From: an uncultured archaeon
GTDB lineage: Archaea > Thermoproteota > Bathyarchaeia > Bathyarchaeales > Bathycorpusculaceae
Direction of reading: 5' to 3'
Assembly (NCBI GenBank): GCA_963810275.1
Contig: CAWENF010000003.1
Span: forward strand, 64,001-128,000
Length of the DNA: 64,000 nucleotides
Both the position numbers and the translations under genes were made by a program. The notes beneath the pieces were generated by a model that was not told the DNA's origin, did not search any database, and saw only the letters and a list, made by a program, of their open reading frames with translations. Below are positions 38,530-48,766 of the stretch, piece after piece. Within the stretch, counting starts at the first letter, position 1, and each line of letters starts with the position of its first letter.

Positions 38530-41190
38530 TTAGTGCTTTCTCAACAGGAGCAGAGTCGCTATTGCAACTGCGATTATTATGGCTATACCCATTCCAAGGG
38601 TGTACAATTCGTATGGTGGCATCTGTACTGTTTGTTCTGTTATGCTTGGTGCTGGTGTTGCGCCCATCACTGCAAAAGAAGATTCAGCTGATGATGGGTA
38701 GTAGGATTCGGAACCTGGAAACTGCGCTGTAACAATGTATGAGCCTTCAATGTCGGGTGTCCACGTGTAGGTGAACATGCCGCTTGCGTCAGTGGAGGTG
38801 CTGCCTATGCTTCTGTAGTTGCCGTTTTGGTCCCAAACGAACAGGTTAACTGGTACACCAGTGACGTCGGTTGGTTTGGGTTTTTGCATATAGACGTACT
38901 CCATCCAAGCACTTTGGCTTTCATCTGAGACTGCTGGTACTCCGTTGGGGAATCTTGCTGCTTGCTCTTGTTGCTGGGTTCCTGCTGCAATGTCGCTTAC
39001 TGTTCCGCGTATCACGACAGGTGTGCCAAATGAAGCGGCTATGTCTGGTGCAGACACGGTGATTTGACTTGGTCCTTTACCGAAGCAGTAGATGCGGCTA
39101 TCATATGAGTTGAGTGTTGTCAAGTATCCGTCTGCTACTGGAGCTTGGCCACCGTACATTTGGTTGCCATAGTCCATAATTGTCCAGATTTCTTCGCCTG
39201 TGGTTGCGTTGATGCATCTATACTGTGCGCCCTTGTATAGTGGCGAGTTAGGTGAGTGCTCTGTGGTGTCTAAGTAGACTTTGCCGTCCGCGATGGTGCT
39301 GATGAAGATTGGGTAACGTCCGTATACAGTGTTGAAGTTACTAAGGGTGCTGTTGCCCTCGCCGCCATTGCCGTAAGTCCAGAGCAAGTCGCCGTTGTTA
39401 ACATCATATGCGTAGACGATGCCTCCATAGCCTGTAAAGTAGAGTTTGCCGTATGCAACTCTTTCTAAGCCGAGAGCCAAGTAGTTGTAGTCAGCTGTAT
39501 AGTCGTCAGGTACTCCACTTGGTCCCCAAACGTGACTACCGTCAGATAGACTCCAACCATCATGAGTAATGGATTCTTTGTCGCATGTCGTAAAGATGCC
39601 TGCATCTGGATCCCAGTCAGTAATAATTCGGCTGTTGTTGCCTGGTGCTGGGTCGTAGCTCTTTGTCCATAGAATTGAACCTCGATTGTTAGTTTGGAGG
39701 CTGACGCAAGTAATGTTACCACCGTCCACAGATATCGTTGTACCAAAGTCACCTGGACGTCCACCGAGGCTTCCTTCCATCAGTAGGATTTTGTCTTCCT
39801 CACGGACTAGGGGTAGATTGCTTAGTGATGCTTGTGCAATTGACCAAGTGCCTTTAAGCGTTGAAAGAGAAATGTTCCAGTCATAGCATGCTGATGTGCT
39901 TGCATCCACGGTACCTGAATACCAATTAGCTACACCAAAAGCACCGTTACCACCAAACACACGTGAAGAGTTCCACTGTGCTAGATAGTAGTTTGGATTT
40001 GTTGCAGTTCCTTTGTTCGTTAGGATGTATGTTAGAACTTCGCCCGATGGTCCGCCGATGCTTACGCCTGAAGGAACATTCTGTATTTCCATGTCAGTTA
40101 AGTCGCCTGTTAATGCGTCGTACGCTGCCCAGTAGGTGTTACCACCCATCAGCCCATACGGAGTTGGGATGCCGCCCACTGAGTGGGGTGCAATGAGTAT
40201 ACCGTTGGGTAATACGCCGTGTTGGTTAGGGTTTTCGAAGCTGTATAAGTAGCCAAATGTCGGAACGAGTGCTGTACCTGTTGCTGAGCAATTTATGCGC
40301 CAGAGTTCTTCGCCTGTCTGCAGGTTTACTGCAACGTAGTCGCCGCCTGTGCTGGACATTCCACCTACACCACCGGAGTTACCGAGTGGTTCTTGGTAGT
40401 AAAGAACGCCCTGCATAATGATTGGGTTGCTGAATCTTGTTGCGTATGATAAGCCATTGTAGAACATTTCACCTAGAACTGCAGTGTCGTTTCCGCCGAC
40501 AACTCCTCCGTGCTGGATTGATTTAGCCCACATTATGTGTGCGCTATTGGGGGCTGTTCCGTCTGGTTGGTATGCACCCGGGATACCGTAAGCCGCTCCG
40601 GCTCCAGTGATGAAAGGTGCACCTAGCCAGTTTGATGAGATTGAATACCAATAGCTGTTTTGACCCTCAATTGGGCGTGACCAGTATTCGTCTGGTAAGG
40701 GATAGCTGTCGATTACTCCAGCAATCGGTTCGTCCTGCACAGTTAAGTAAATGGTTTTTTCTGCAGCTGTAAATATGTCGCCAGTGTAGGCAGAACCAGT
40801 CCAAGTGTATTCTTGTTCTGGATATTTGAATTCAATTGTGTAGTTTCCGACCTTCTCTGGTGTGTACTGGTAGAATTGTACTGAGGTTGTGTCGCTGACT
40901 AAGGGCCAAGTCTTTGTTTCGACGTGACCGTCTGGGTCTGTGATTGTTAATGAATAGTCGTGTCGTCTAACGTCGTTGCCAATCGCTGCACCTGGAAGAC
41001 CACCGTCAATCCAAAAAACGATTGAGACCGTTTGACCGACGCCTACTGGGCTGGGTGCAGCTACCAGGTAGGGGTACGATTTCCAAGTCCATGACGGATC
41101 ATGGGCTGTTGTTGATGGAGCTATTGCAATAGTGGTTGTTATTGCTATTAGCAGAACTATGGTCGATATACTAGCGATTTTTTTGTTCAA
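38530..41190 (-). CDS. Large secreted PQQ-like beta-propeller repeat protein with C-terminal membrane anchor
   Basis: Signal peptide; repeats AVNLQTGEELW, AYDVNNGDLLW and CINATTGEEIW; C-terminal TM ending RKH. Confidence 0.8.
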   Translation of the reverse strand: MNKKIASISTIVLLIAITTTIAIAPSTTAHDPSWTWKSYPYLVAAPSPVGVGQTVSIVFWIDGGLPGAAIGNDVRRHDYSLTITDPDGHVETKTWPLVSDTTSVQFYQYTPEKVGNYTIEFKYPEQEYTWTGSAYTGDIFTAAEKTIYLTVQDEPIAGVIDSYPLPDEYWSRPIEGQNSYWYSISSNWLGAPFITGAGAAYGIPGAYQPDGTAPNSAHIMWAKSIQHGGVVGGNDTAVLGEMFYNGLSYATRFSNPIIMQGVLYYQEPLGNSGGVGGMSSTGGDYVAVNLQTGEELWRINCSATGTALVPTFGYLYSFENPNQHGVLPNGILIAPHSVGGIPTPYGLMGGNTYWAAYDALTGDLTDMEIQNVPSGVSIGGPSGEVLTYILTNKGTATNPNYYLAQWNSSRVFGGNGAFGVANWYSGTVDASTSACYDWNISLSTLKGTWSIAQASLSNLPLVREEDKILLMEGSLGGRPGDFGTTISVDGGNITCVSLQTNNRGSILWTKSYDPAPGNNSRIITDWDPDAGIFTTCDKESITHDGWSLSDGSHVWGPSGVPDDYTADYNYLALGLERVAYGKLYFTGYGGIVYAYDVNNGDLLWTYGNGGEGNSTLSNFNTVYGRYPIFISTIADGKVYLDTTEHSPNSPLYKGAQYRCINATTGEEIWTIMDYGNQMYGGQAPVADGYLTTLNSYDSRIYCFGKGPSQITVSAPDIAASFGTPVVIRGTVSDIAAGTQQQEQAARFPNGVPAVSDESQSAWMEYVYMQKPKPTDVTGVPVNLFVWDQNGNYRSIGSTSTDASGMFTYTWTPDIEGSYIVTAQFPGSESYYPSSAESSFAVMGATPAPSITEQTVQMPPYELYTLGMGIAIIIAVAIATLLLLRKH

Positions 41191-41377
41191 GTTTTTTTCT
41201 CCTTTTTAAGAGTATGTTTCTTGTAAAGACTTGGTATTGGATGTCTCAGTTTATAAAGAGAAGTGGAAAGTGGGCACTGACGACAAGAATTAAAAATTTT
41301 TAAGAAATCTCGAAATACAGAGTATCTGAACAGTTTAAACAGAAACTAACAAAGTTAGATTTAAAATAGAGAGGGGA

Positions 41378-42817
41378 TTATTCGCCCAATATTCTTCTAA
41401 ACGCTGGGAACATTTCCGCAGCACGTTCACGCATCAAAAGTTCGTAGTACTGGTAGATGATACCCACTGTCAGCAGGATACCAGTACCCGTTCCGAACGC
41501 TCCTAAGCAGTCGGAGAGACCAGCCAGCAAACCTACAAAGATGCCTCCTAAGACGGTGACAACTGGAATGTAGCGTTTGAGTATGGCTTCTATTGGGCGT
41601 TCGCTGCGTCTGTAACCTGGAATCTGCATACCGCTGTCCATGAGTTGCTTAGCGACTTTCTTGGGCCCAAGTCCACCGACTTCGAGCCAAATTAGCGAAA
41701 ACACAGCACAGAACGCAACCAATATGGCGACGTACACAGCTGCTTGGAGCGGGGCATCAAGGACGTACCATATGTTTCGGGGTGCAGTTACCAGCCACGC
41801 CAAACCACCGACGGGCACAACAGATCCAGAGGCAGTGGCGTTATAGTCACCGACTATTTGGAAGAATAGGTTTGTGCCTGGGGCTGGTTGTCCAAATTGG
41901 CTCCACAGTAGCTGTGTGAAGAAGTACACGTTGGCAAATAGTGCTGAAGCGAATATGACGGGCAAGTTGCTGACGTAGAGTAGTTTGATTGGATATCTGC
42001 TACGGAAGCCTTTGTAGCCTGCGTAACTCATTGGCAACTCGACTCTTACACCTTGCAGATATATGACGACTAGGAACACTACAATTGTTCCGATGAAACC
42101 AAGAAGTGACGGGTAGACGGCGTTTATGCTGCCAAACGCCCATTGGAAGGCTGTTTGTCCGCCGTTAAGGAGTTGGGAGAGTGAACCGACGAAAAGGCCA
42201 GTTGGAGGTGCGAACATTGACCATATGATGGTCTGGGCGACACCAGCCATGATGAAGAGACTAATACCACTGCCTAGACCCCAGCCTTTCTGCACAAGTT
42301 CATCCATTAACATAACGATTATTCCTGCGGATAGCAACTGTATGAAAATTACTACCACGGTGACTCCCGTAATACCACCTGTCGCAGGATCCCCGAAGGG
42401 CACGCCGTACATACCACTGAAGATGTAAGCACCGCCCTGGACGGCGGTTAATACTATGCTGAAGACTTTACTTGCAGAGGTAAAGAGACCTCGGTCTTCA
42501 GGGTTAGATAAGTCGCATTTGATGATGTTGGAACCTGCCAAGAGCTGGAGAATTAAACCAGCGGTGACAATTGGCCCGATACCAAGCTCCATCAGGGTGC
42601 CCTGATTTGAGGCGAAGATGACCCTGAGTGAACCAAAACGGTCTGCAGCGGTGGAGCTGACACCGTAAAGCGGAACCTGGGTCATCACGAGGAAAATTAC
42701 TAGAACAATGGCGGTCCAGAAGATTTTTTCGTTAAAGCTTACTTTGCGTGTGGGCTTTTTAATTTCAGGTAAAACTCTGCCTATGGGTTTGAACAGGCTG
42801 AGAAATCTTCCGGCCAT
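41378..42817 (-). CDS. secY: Preprotein translocase SecY
   Basis: GTLMELGIGPIVTA, GLGSGISLFI, YPIKLLYVSN and GTGILLTV. Confidence 0.97.
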   Translation of the reverse strand: MAGRFLSLFKPIGRVLPEIKKPTRKVSFNEKIFWTAIVLVIFLVMTQVPLYGVSSTAADRFGSLRVIFASNQGTLMELGIGPIVTAGLILQLLAGSNIIKCDLSNPEDRGLFTSASKVFSIVLTAVQGGAYIFSGMYGVPFGDPATGGITGVTVVVIFIQLLSAGIIVMLMDELVQKGWGLGSGISLFIMAGVAQTIIWSMFAPPTGLFVGSLSQLLNGGQTAFQWAFGSINAVYPSLLGFIGTIVVFLVVIYLQGVRVELPMSYAGYKGFRSRYPIKLLYVSNLPVIFASALFANVYFFTQLLWSQFGQPAPGTNLFFQIVGDYNATASGSVVPVGGLAWLVTAPRNIWYVLDAPLQAAVYVAILVAFCAVFSLIWLEVGGLGPKKVAKQLMDSGMQIPGYRRSERPIEAILKRYIPVVTVLGGIFVGLLAGLSDCLGAFGTGTGILLTVGIIYQYYELLMRERAAEMFPAFRRILGE

Positions 42818-42825
42818 TCAGCAGT

Positions 42826-43248
42826 TTACTCCTCGGAGGCGTCTACTTCTGCTTCTGGGAGGATGAGTTTTCCGCCTGCAGCTTCTATTTTTTGTTGAGC
42901 GGATTTTGATGCTGCTGCTACTTGAACTGTTATGGCTTTGGTGACTTTGCCTGTGCCGAGTAGTTTGGTGTAGCCGAGCGCGGTTAGGTTGATTTCCTTT
43001 CCTGCTGGTATTTGATCGAGTTTTTGCAGGTTTATTGTGCTTTCTACACGGTTTTTGCTCCGTGGAGATGTGAAGCCAGTTTTTCCGAAGTAATTTTTAT
43101 CTGAGGTTACGACTTTGCTCCAGAGGTGCTTGTGGCGTCCGACTTTTCGGTTGCCTTTGCTTCCGCTGTCACGGTGTTGTCCGATTCTTCCGTAACCTTG
43201 AGTTCGTGAGCCTCTAAATTTCCTGATTTTCCTAAGTTTATGGGGCAT
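42826..43248 (-). CDS. rpl15: 50S ribosomal protein uL15
   Basis: RKFRGSRTQGYG, YFGKTGF and KLLGTG. Confidence 0.95.
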   Translation of the reverse strand: MPHKLRKIRKFRGSRTQGYGRIGQHRDSGSKGNRKVGRHKHLWSKVVTSDKNYFGKTGFTSPRSKNRVESTINLQKLDQIPAGKEINLTALGYTKLLGTGKVTKAITVQVAAASKSAQQKIEAAGGKLILPEAEVDASEE

Positions 43249-43561
43249 GATGATCTGCGTTTCCTAATGCTGTTGATTCTGCTTTTTTTAACTTTATCTC
43301 AAGCACGCCGTTCTTGTATTTCGTGTGCGTTTCGTCTGGAATGACTACCTTCGGTAAATTTAAACTTTTATAGTATCTGCGTTCCTTTGACTTGGCGGAC
43401 AGTGTTATTTTTTGATCTTTTACGTTTATTTTGAAGGTGTCCTTGTTGAAGCCCGCTATCTCGGCGACTATGGTTATATTGTTGTTATCTTGGAAGATGT
43501 CGATTAAGGGCTTTTGATCATGTTTTTTTGCGTATTTACTGGATGGTCGGAAGTTGGGCAT
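43238..43561 (-). CDS. Hsp20/alpha-crystallin small heat-shock protein (true start may be near 43680)
   Basis: PLIDIF, IVAEIAG and YKNGVLEIKLKK. Confidence 0.85.
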   Translation of the reverse strand: MPNFRPSSKYAKKHDQKPLIDIFQDNNNITIVAEIAGFNKDTFKINVKDQKITLSAKSKERRYYKSLNLPKVVIPDETHTKYKNGVLEIKLKKAESTALGNADHHAP

Positions 43562-43751
43562 TACGGGGTTAGCTTTTAAATTACCCTGTGACCTTTTGGC
43601 AGTTTTGGATGTTGAAGTTAAATCTTTAATGTCTAACCATCTACGATTCTTGTTGGATCTTCTCCATCTTGCGCTCGTGATTTCCCCCTCCGAATTAACT
43701 ACCGATTTCTATGAGGACATTATAAAACGTATCGCACAAAAAGGATTAGAA

Positions 43752-43887
43752 AACAGCTGAATTGCAATTGGGAGTTACTTGCCAGTTTTGACGGTTGTTA
43801 AGCTGATCAGGGCAACATCTTTTCTAATTTCCATACGCTGGTCTAGGGAGCTAGTCACCCGTTTAGCGCTGCTCGCTTACTGATAGC
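43752..43887 (+). ncRNA. Candidate two-hairpin structured RNA
   Basis: Several stems containing G-U pairs on the plus strand; TTATAAAA at 43720-43727. Confidence 0.3.
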
Positions 43888-44238
43888 ATTTATACAGTTT
43901 ACGGATGTGTTTCTTTGCGTTTGTAGAGGTACTTGCGTAAATTATAAAAGACGCCGCAATTACATACTATAATGAGGAAAAGAGTCACTCGCAGCTAAGC
44001 ACCAAAGCCCATGCGAGTGCAACGCAAGCAAAAGAACGAAATCCTAATAACACAAACATAACATTGAGAACTTTGCTATCACGAGGGAGAAAAAACCGAC
44101 TCTTTTCCTCTCCCTCCTTTTTCTCATAAAGCGTAAGATGAGAGGCCATTTTGCAAGACACCTCAGTACTAAATAGCATCAAAACTTTTTGAGCATTAAG
44201 TTTCACAAAGGATTCTTCGCTTGAAGCTTAAGCCCTCA

Positions 44239-44907
44239 TCACGGATTTGTTGAAGTAATTGACGCATAAATAATACCCGCAACCACTTCTCCGCCTTCAT
44301 AAGTCAAGTGAACACCATCGGTTGAGTACTCTGAGTGCCCAACCATCTGCGAGTAAACGTCAATTATCGGCACACCTGTTTCGTCTGCCGCCTGCTCTAT
44401 GTAGGGGATTAGTGTTTGGGCAAAGAACGCGGGGTTCATTTTGCCACCTTGACTGTCAAAGATGGGCGGAGGAAGCACGACATAAATGTCGGGTTTTTCA
44501 GGCAGTGCTTGAAAGCTTTTTATAATCACCTTATAGTCGGCGACAAAAGTCTCGTTGTAGGGTACGAGGCTGGGCTGAGCATCGTTTGTGCCAAGCATAA
44601 TTATGACAATGTCGGCTTTGTAGTCCAATGCATCTTGGTAGACAGTAGTGTCCATGTATGGCGTATCCGAAGCAAAATTTACCGTTGTGGCACCAGCCCC
44701 GAAGTTGCGTAGGTCGTAGGTTTGGTTGCCCAGCAGGTTCCAAAGCGTGTAGGGGTAAGAAGTGGACTGAGTTAGGCTATCGCCGACGCAAGCCACGCTG
44801 ATTCGCGGGTCCTGCGCAGCCAAAAGAAAGTAAACTGCAAAGCTTGCAACAATAATAATAATGACTAATCCGGCAGATAACACCAGTTTTGTATTCATCG
44901 CAGTCAC
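44239..44907 (-). CDS. SGNH/GDSL hydrolase, membrane anchored
   Basis: GDSLT, NFG..A, LGTND and DGVH. Confidence 0.9.
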   Translation of the reverse strand: MTAMNTKLVLSAGLVIIIIVASFAVYFLLAAQDPRISVACVGDSLTQSTSYPYTLWNLLGNQTYDLRNFGAGATTVNFASDTPYMDTTVYQDALDYKADIVIIMLGTNDAQPSLVPYNETFVADYKVIIKSFQALPEKPDIYVVLPPPIFDSQGGKMNPAFFAQTLIPYIEQAADETGVPIIDVYSQMVGHSEYSTDGVHLTYEGGEVVAGIIYASITSTNP

Positions 44908-44977
44908 TTACACCTTAAGTATCGCTCTATACTGAAAAGATTTTGAAATATAAAAAATTGCCATTCCTTGCCAACAT

Positions 44978-46279
44978 CTAAATAGTGCTAGAAGGCTTTC
45001 TGTTGAATTTGAACACAGCCACAACCGCTATGACAACCATGACGGCGACACCTAAAGAAACCATAATCACAAACGGCTCGTTATCATAGCTAGAAATGTT
45101 TGGCGGGTCAACGGTATTGTTCCATGCGATTACATTTCGATAGCCGACATTGTCTTGGTTGGGCGAGGGGTAGATAAGGTCGAGGCTGCCACCGTAAATT
45201 TCCAGCAGGTCAAGCACACTGGCGCTAATATTTACAGTTAATTCGTCGGGCGGCCACAGTCCCCAGACACGGTCGCTTGGCCCTCGGAAGCTGTAAGCAT
45301 AATCCTCAGGTAAGACGGCAGCCGTGCGCACTCCGATTGCGTTTTGGGGACGAGGATGGTTTTGGGCGTAGGTCCAGAACCGCTGCATTGCATCGAGATG
45401 TTCCTGCGTAAACACATTTTCGGTCCAGCCTTCGTTGGTGTCAAACACTAAGATGTATTTGGCGCCGTTCTGGTAAGCCAGCACCATGTCGTCGTAGAGT
45501 TTAGCGCCGGATTCCATGTAAGGAGGGTCAATGTAGGACCAGGTAATCATTATGCCCCAATCTTTGTTGTGAAGGGTAGCGGCGCCGCGGCATAAAGCAA
45601 CGTTAAGTTGGCGACTGTAAGACCAGTTTCCGCCCCGTTCACCAAACTCGGCGAACACAGTGTCGTAGCCGGCTTGGTAGTCCCACCAGTAAAGGGCATA
45701 GTCAGATGTGAAGAAAAGGTAATCAGAGCTAAAGAGCGGAAGGTCACTTTTGTTAACAAAACTTAAACCAGGAATGAAGGTGTCGTTACCCAGCCACCAA
45801 CTCATCATCTCCACGTAATGCTCTGCGGCGTCAGTATAGCTATCAGCTTCTAAAACAGCGGGGTATTTGGCTTGATCAATCTGTTTGCCTCCAGCTTCAT
45901 CAAAAAAATAGATGCCCATGAAGTGGTCTCCGTAGGTTTGGTTAGCGTAATCAAACCACTGCCGTGTAGGGTAACGGGGATCGTCAGTATAAACTAAAAA
46001 GTTTAAACCTTTGCTGTAGACGTAGTCGCTAATGTCAGTAAGCTGTGTTGTATTGTAGTCGTAGCTACATCCGATTATGAAAAAGTTGGTGTAAGCAGAG
46101 ATGCTGTCGATTAAGTGTTTTGTCTGCTCGATGTCTCCGATGGCAACGTCTACTCCAAAGTAGAGGGGAAGTGCGTCTGTATTCTGCGCTGCTGTATTCG
46201 AAGTTGAGAAGCAGACGCCTGCAAATACTGAAGCCAGCAATAGTAGAATCAGTAGAATGACGCTGGAGGTATTGTTCAT
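44978..46279 (-). CDS. Secreted membrane-anchored hypothetical protein (possible glycoside-hydrolase-like barrel)
   Basis: Signal peptide, GIYFFDEAGG, FTSDY, AEFG and a C-terminal TM. Confidence 0.6.
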   Translation of the reverse strand: MNNTSSVILLILLLLASVFAGVCFSTSNTAAQNTDALPLYFGVDVAIGDIEQTKHLIDSISAYTNFFIIGCSYDYNTTQLTDISDYVYSKGLNFLVYTDDPRYPTRQWFDYANQTYGDHFMGIYFFDEAGGKQIDQAKYPAVLEADSYTDAAEHYVEMMSWWLGNDTFIPGLSFVNKSDLPLFSSDYLFFTSDYALYWWDYQAGYDTVFAEFGERGGNWSYSRQLNVALCRGAATLHNKDWGIMITWSYIDPPYMESGAKLYDDMVLAYQNGAKYILVFDTNEGWTENVFTQEHLDAMQRFWTYAQNHPRPQNAIGVRTAAVLPEDYAYSFRGPSDRVWGLWPPDELTVNISASVLDLLEIYGGSLDLIYPSPNQDNVGYRNVIAWNNTVDPPNISSYDNEPFVIMVSLGVAVMVVIAVVAVFKFNRKPSSTI

Positions 46280-46359
46280 TAGTTATACTGGAGAGTTCAA
46301 CCGCTAATAAAATTTACTTAAATTCCCACAAAACCCCAAATACCGCCGAGAGTAGCAGT

Positions 46360-47460
46360 TTAGCCTATGAGGCTCTTAAGGTAAGGCACCTTCTTTAGCG
46401 CCCAAACAATCGCCAACGACACAAACAGTACAATCACTGTTATGAGAGGTATCTCCACGATGGGGTCAAGCAGAGTACGGTTTAATGTGAAGCCCAAGTA
46501 GCCGTTTTGGATCGATTCAAGGATAATCACGTGTAAGAAGAAAATTGCCAGCGTGTTTTCTCCGAAGAGTTTGATGAGACGGTTCTTTACGGAATGCACC
46601 TGCTTTGCCTTGGGAGGTTTCACAGTTAAGAGCAGCAGAAACAGCATCACGGAGGCAAAGATAACGGTTGGGCTGATGTATTCTTGGAAGAAGTACATAT
46701 TGACAAGTTTAGGTGCCTCACCGTAAGCATAGTCTGCGGCGGCTAAAGCGTAGGTGGCCAGCGCCGTCAACGCCAAACCCAGTACAACGAAAGCTGCCAA
46801 TTTCTTACGATCCATCTTCACCGTAAACAAGTAAGTACCCAAAACAAAGTACCCCACGTAACCTGTCATGACAAAAACGTTGGCGTTAAGAGCAAACGGA
46901 GTTATCAGCAGAAAACAGGGTAAAACAGCCACGCCAATTGCCCAAATAATTATGAAATACTTCACCAACACATGTTCGGCGTTAGCCATAAAAACTCTAA
47001 GAATCGGCGTCAACAAATACAAGCCGATAAGGACGTACATGTACCAGAACTGTGAGTAAGGACCGTTAAGGATACCTTGCAGAATTGTCCAACCAGAAAA
47101 CGGCAGCTCCTGAACTAAAAAGTCCCAAAGGAAGTAGATGGCCCCCCAGAAAATAAACGGCAACCCAATACGCACCCAACGTTTTCGGAAAAACACGCTA
47201 AGTGACTCCTTTTTATAGGGTTCGAGCAGTAATGCGCCTGTCATCATCAAAAACAGAGGCACACCAGTGGTTACTGCTATGCTCTGGTAGACTGACACAA
47301 CTCCCCAGCTTGCCAGCTGTGACGGTGTTAAACTGCCCAGCTGTGCGGCTGTTAGGATGTATTGCCCTGAAGCGTGTAGCAACACAACGCCAACTATCGC
47401 GACAGTACGGATTAGGTTGACGTCTACTGGACAACCTCGAATTAGGTTGAATTTTTCCAT
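46360..47460 (-). CDS. Acyltransferase 3 (OafA/YiaH-like) membrane O-acyltransferase
   Basis: IRTVAIVGVVLLH, VPLFLMMTGALL, QFWYMY and GYFVLG. Confidence 0.9.
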   Translation of the reverse strand: MEKFNLIRGCPVDVNLIRTVAIVGVVLLHASGQYILTAAQLGSLTPSQLASWGVVSVYQSIAVTTGVPLFLMMTGALLLEPYKKESLSVFFRKRWVRIGLPFIFWGAIYFLWDFLVQELPFSGWTILQGILNGPYSQFWYMYVLIGLYLLTPILRVFMANAEHVLVKYFIIIWAIGVAVLPCFLLITPFALNANVFVMTGYVGYFVLGTYLFTVKMDRKKLAAFVVLGLALTALATYALAAADYAYGEAPKLVNMYFFQEYISPTVIFASVMLFLLLLTVKPPKAKQVHSVKNRLIKLFGENTLAIFFLHVIILESIQNGYLGFTLNRTLLDPIVEIPLITVIVLFVSLAIVWALKKVPYLKSLIG

Positions 47461-47542
47461 CCTAAAACAATAGTTGACTTAAAACAAATTAAAGGCTTAT
47501 CGTATATCTTGATGCCGAGCAGCATGATTATTAGAGCTAAAA

Positions 47543-47905
47543 TTAAATCTCAGGTACATTGTCAAACTGGTCACTGGCAACAACCTCACTGTCTGTACGC
47601 AGGTAATCTTCACCGTCAACTATAACCAGATGAACGTCCTCGCCTTTACGCCACTTCCCCATAGGCGTGCGGAAAACCGTACTGAAAGTCAAACCTTTCT
47701 TCAAATGATCAACTACGTCTGATCGGGAGAAAGATTTTGTTTCGCAGACCATACAGCCGAAATCCGAGTGTACTTCGACTGTTTTGACTTGGTTGCTGTT
47801 GGAGTCGGTTTTAACACCTGAAATAAGGTAGTCAGCCCATTTCTGCAAAGATTCACACCTGCGCCAGTCTGTCTTTAAACTATTATTTAACGGTTGTTGC
47901 ATCAC
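47543..47905 (-). CDS. DUF3892 domain protein (true start probably downstream of 47905)
   Basis: WADYLISGV, RSDVV..LKKG and YLRTD...DQFDNVPE. Confidence 0.7.
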   Translation of the reverse strand: MMQQPLNNSLKTDWRRCESLQKWADYLISGVKTDSNSNQVKTVEVHSDFGCMVCETKSFSRSDVVDHLKKGLTFSTVFRTPMGKWRKGEDVHLVIVDGEDYLRTDSEVVASDQFDNVPEI

Positions 47906-48059
47906 TCATTGACAAAGAAAAAGCAGATTTAAGACCTCACTGAACAAATATACAGCATCGTACAACCTCAATTACTAACGCCTGAAAACCTTGAACGCCT
48001 GCAATAGCATTTAACAATGAGGGCACATCCGAAGAGGCGGGAAAGGAGAGAGAAAAAAG

Positions 48060-48583
48060 TTGCGGAGAAAACAAACCGCACTAGCTGTTGCGCTAGTTAT
48101 TGGAATAGTATTGATACTTTACGGAATCTACATCGGTGTTATGATTGGAGCTGACTGGTACGGAAAAGACGCTACCTTTCCCTGGCATATGAACAACTAT
48201 ATCGTCATGGAAGCTCAATATGCCTAAAGTATATTCGGTTTAGCAAATATTGCAATCGGCGGCTTAACCTCAGGCGTTGCCTTATCGGTGTTCTTCATAA
48301 GGCACAAAAATACGAAAATCACAGTCGCATTGATGGTAACTTTTTTTGTTGCAATCGTAACCAGCAGCTTAGGATTTAACACGCTTGACTCATGATAGGA
48401 TGCTCCTACTGGACCAACCAAACCTACCCTCCGCCAATACAAATTGCGTTTTTCTCTGTGGATGTTTGGAACTTTTACTTCTTTTTCTTCGTGGTCCCAC
48501 TCTGGGTGGGAGGCTTAATAGTCGGCTCGGCTCCGCAACTGCATACATTAACTTGGTCCACACACACCATTATAACCTCATGA
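48060..48583 (+). pseudogene. Membrane protein with internal stop and frameshift
   Basis: MRRKQTALAVALVIGIVLILYG...YA*SIFGLANIAIGG..., continuing in the frame of ORF 48392-48583. Confidence 0.45.
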
Positions 48584-48766
48584 AATACGTAGCTAAAAAG
48601 AATATTCCAGAAATAATGCCGTCCCGACAAGACAAAGGCTATCTAACCCAACATAAAAAACATCGCTCACCATCATGTACTGTTTGAAGATAACTTGGAA
48701 GGTACAAAATAAGTTCAGCTAAATCCGAAAAAAAACTTTAAAAAATAAAAATTTGGACGCAGGTGC

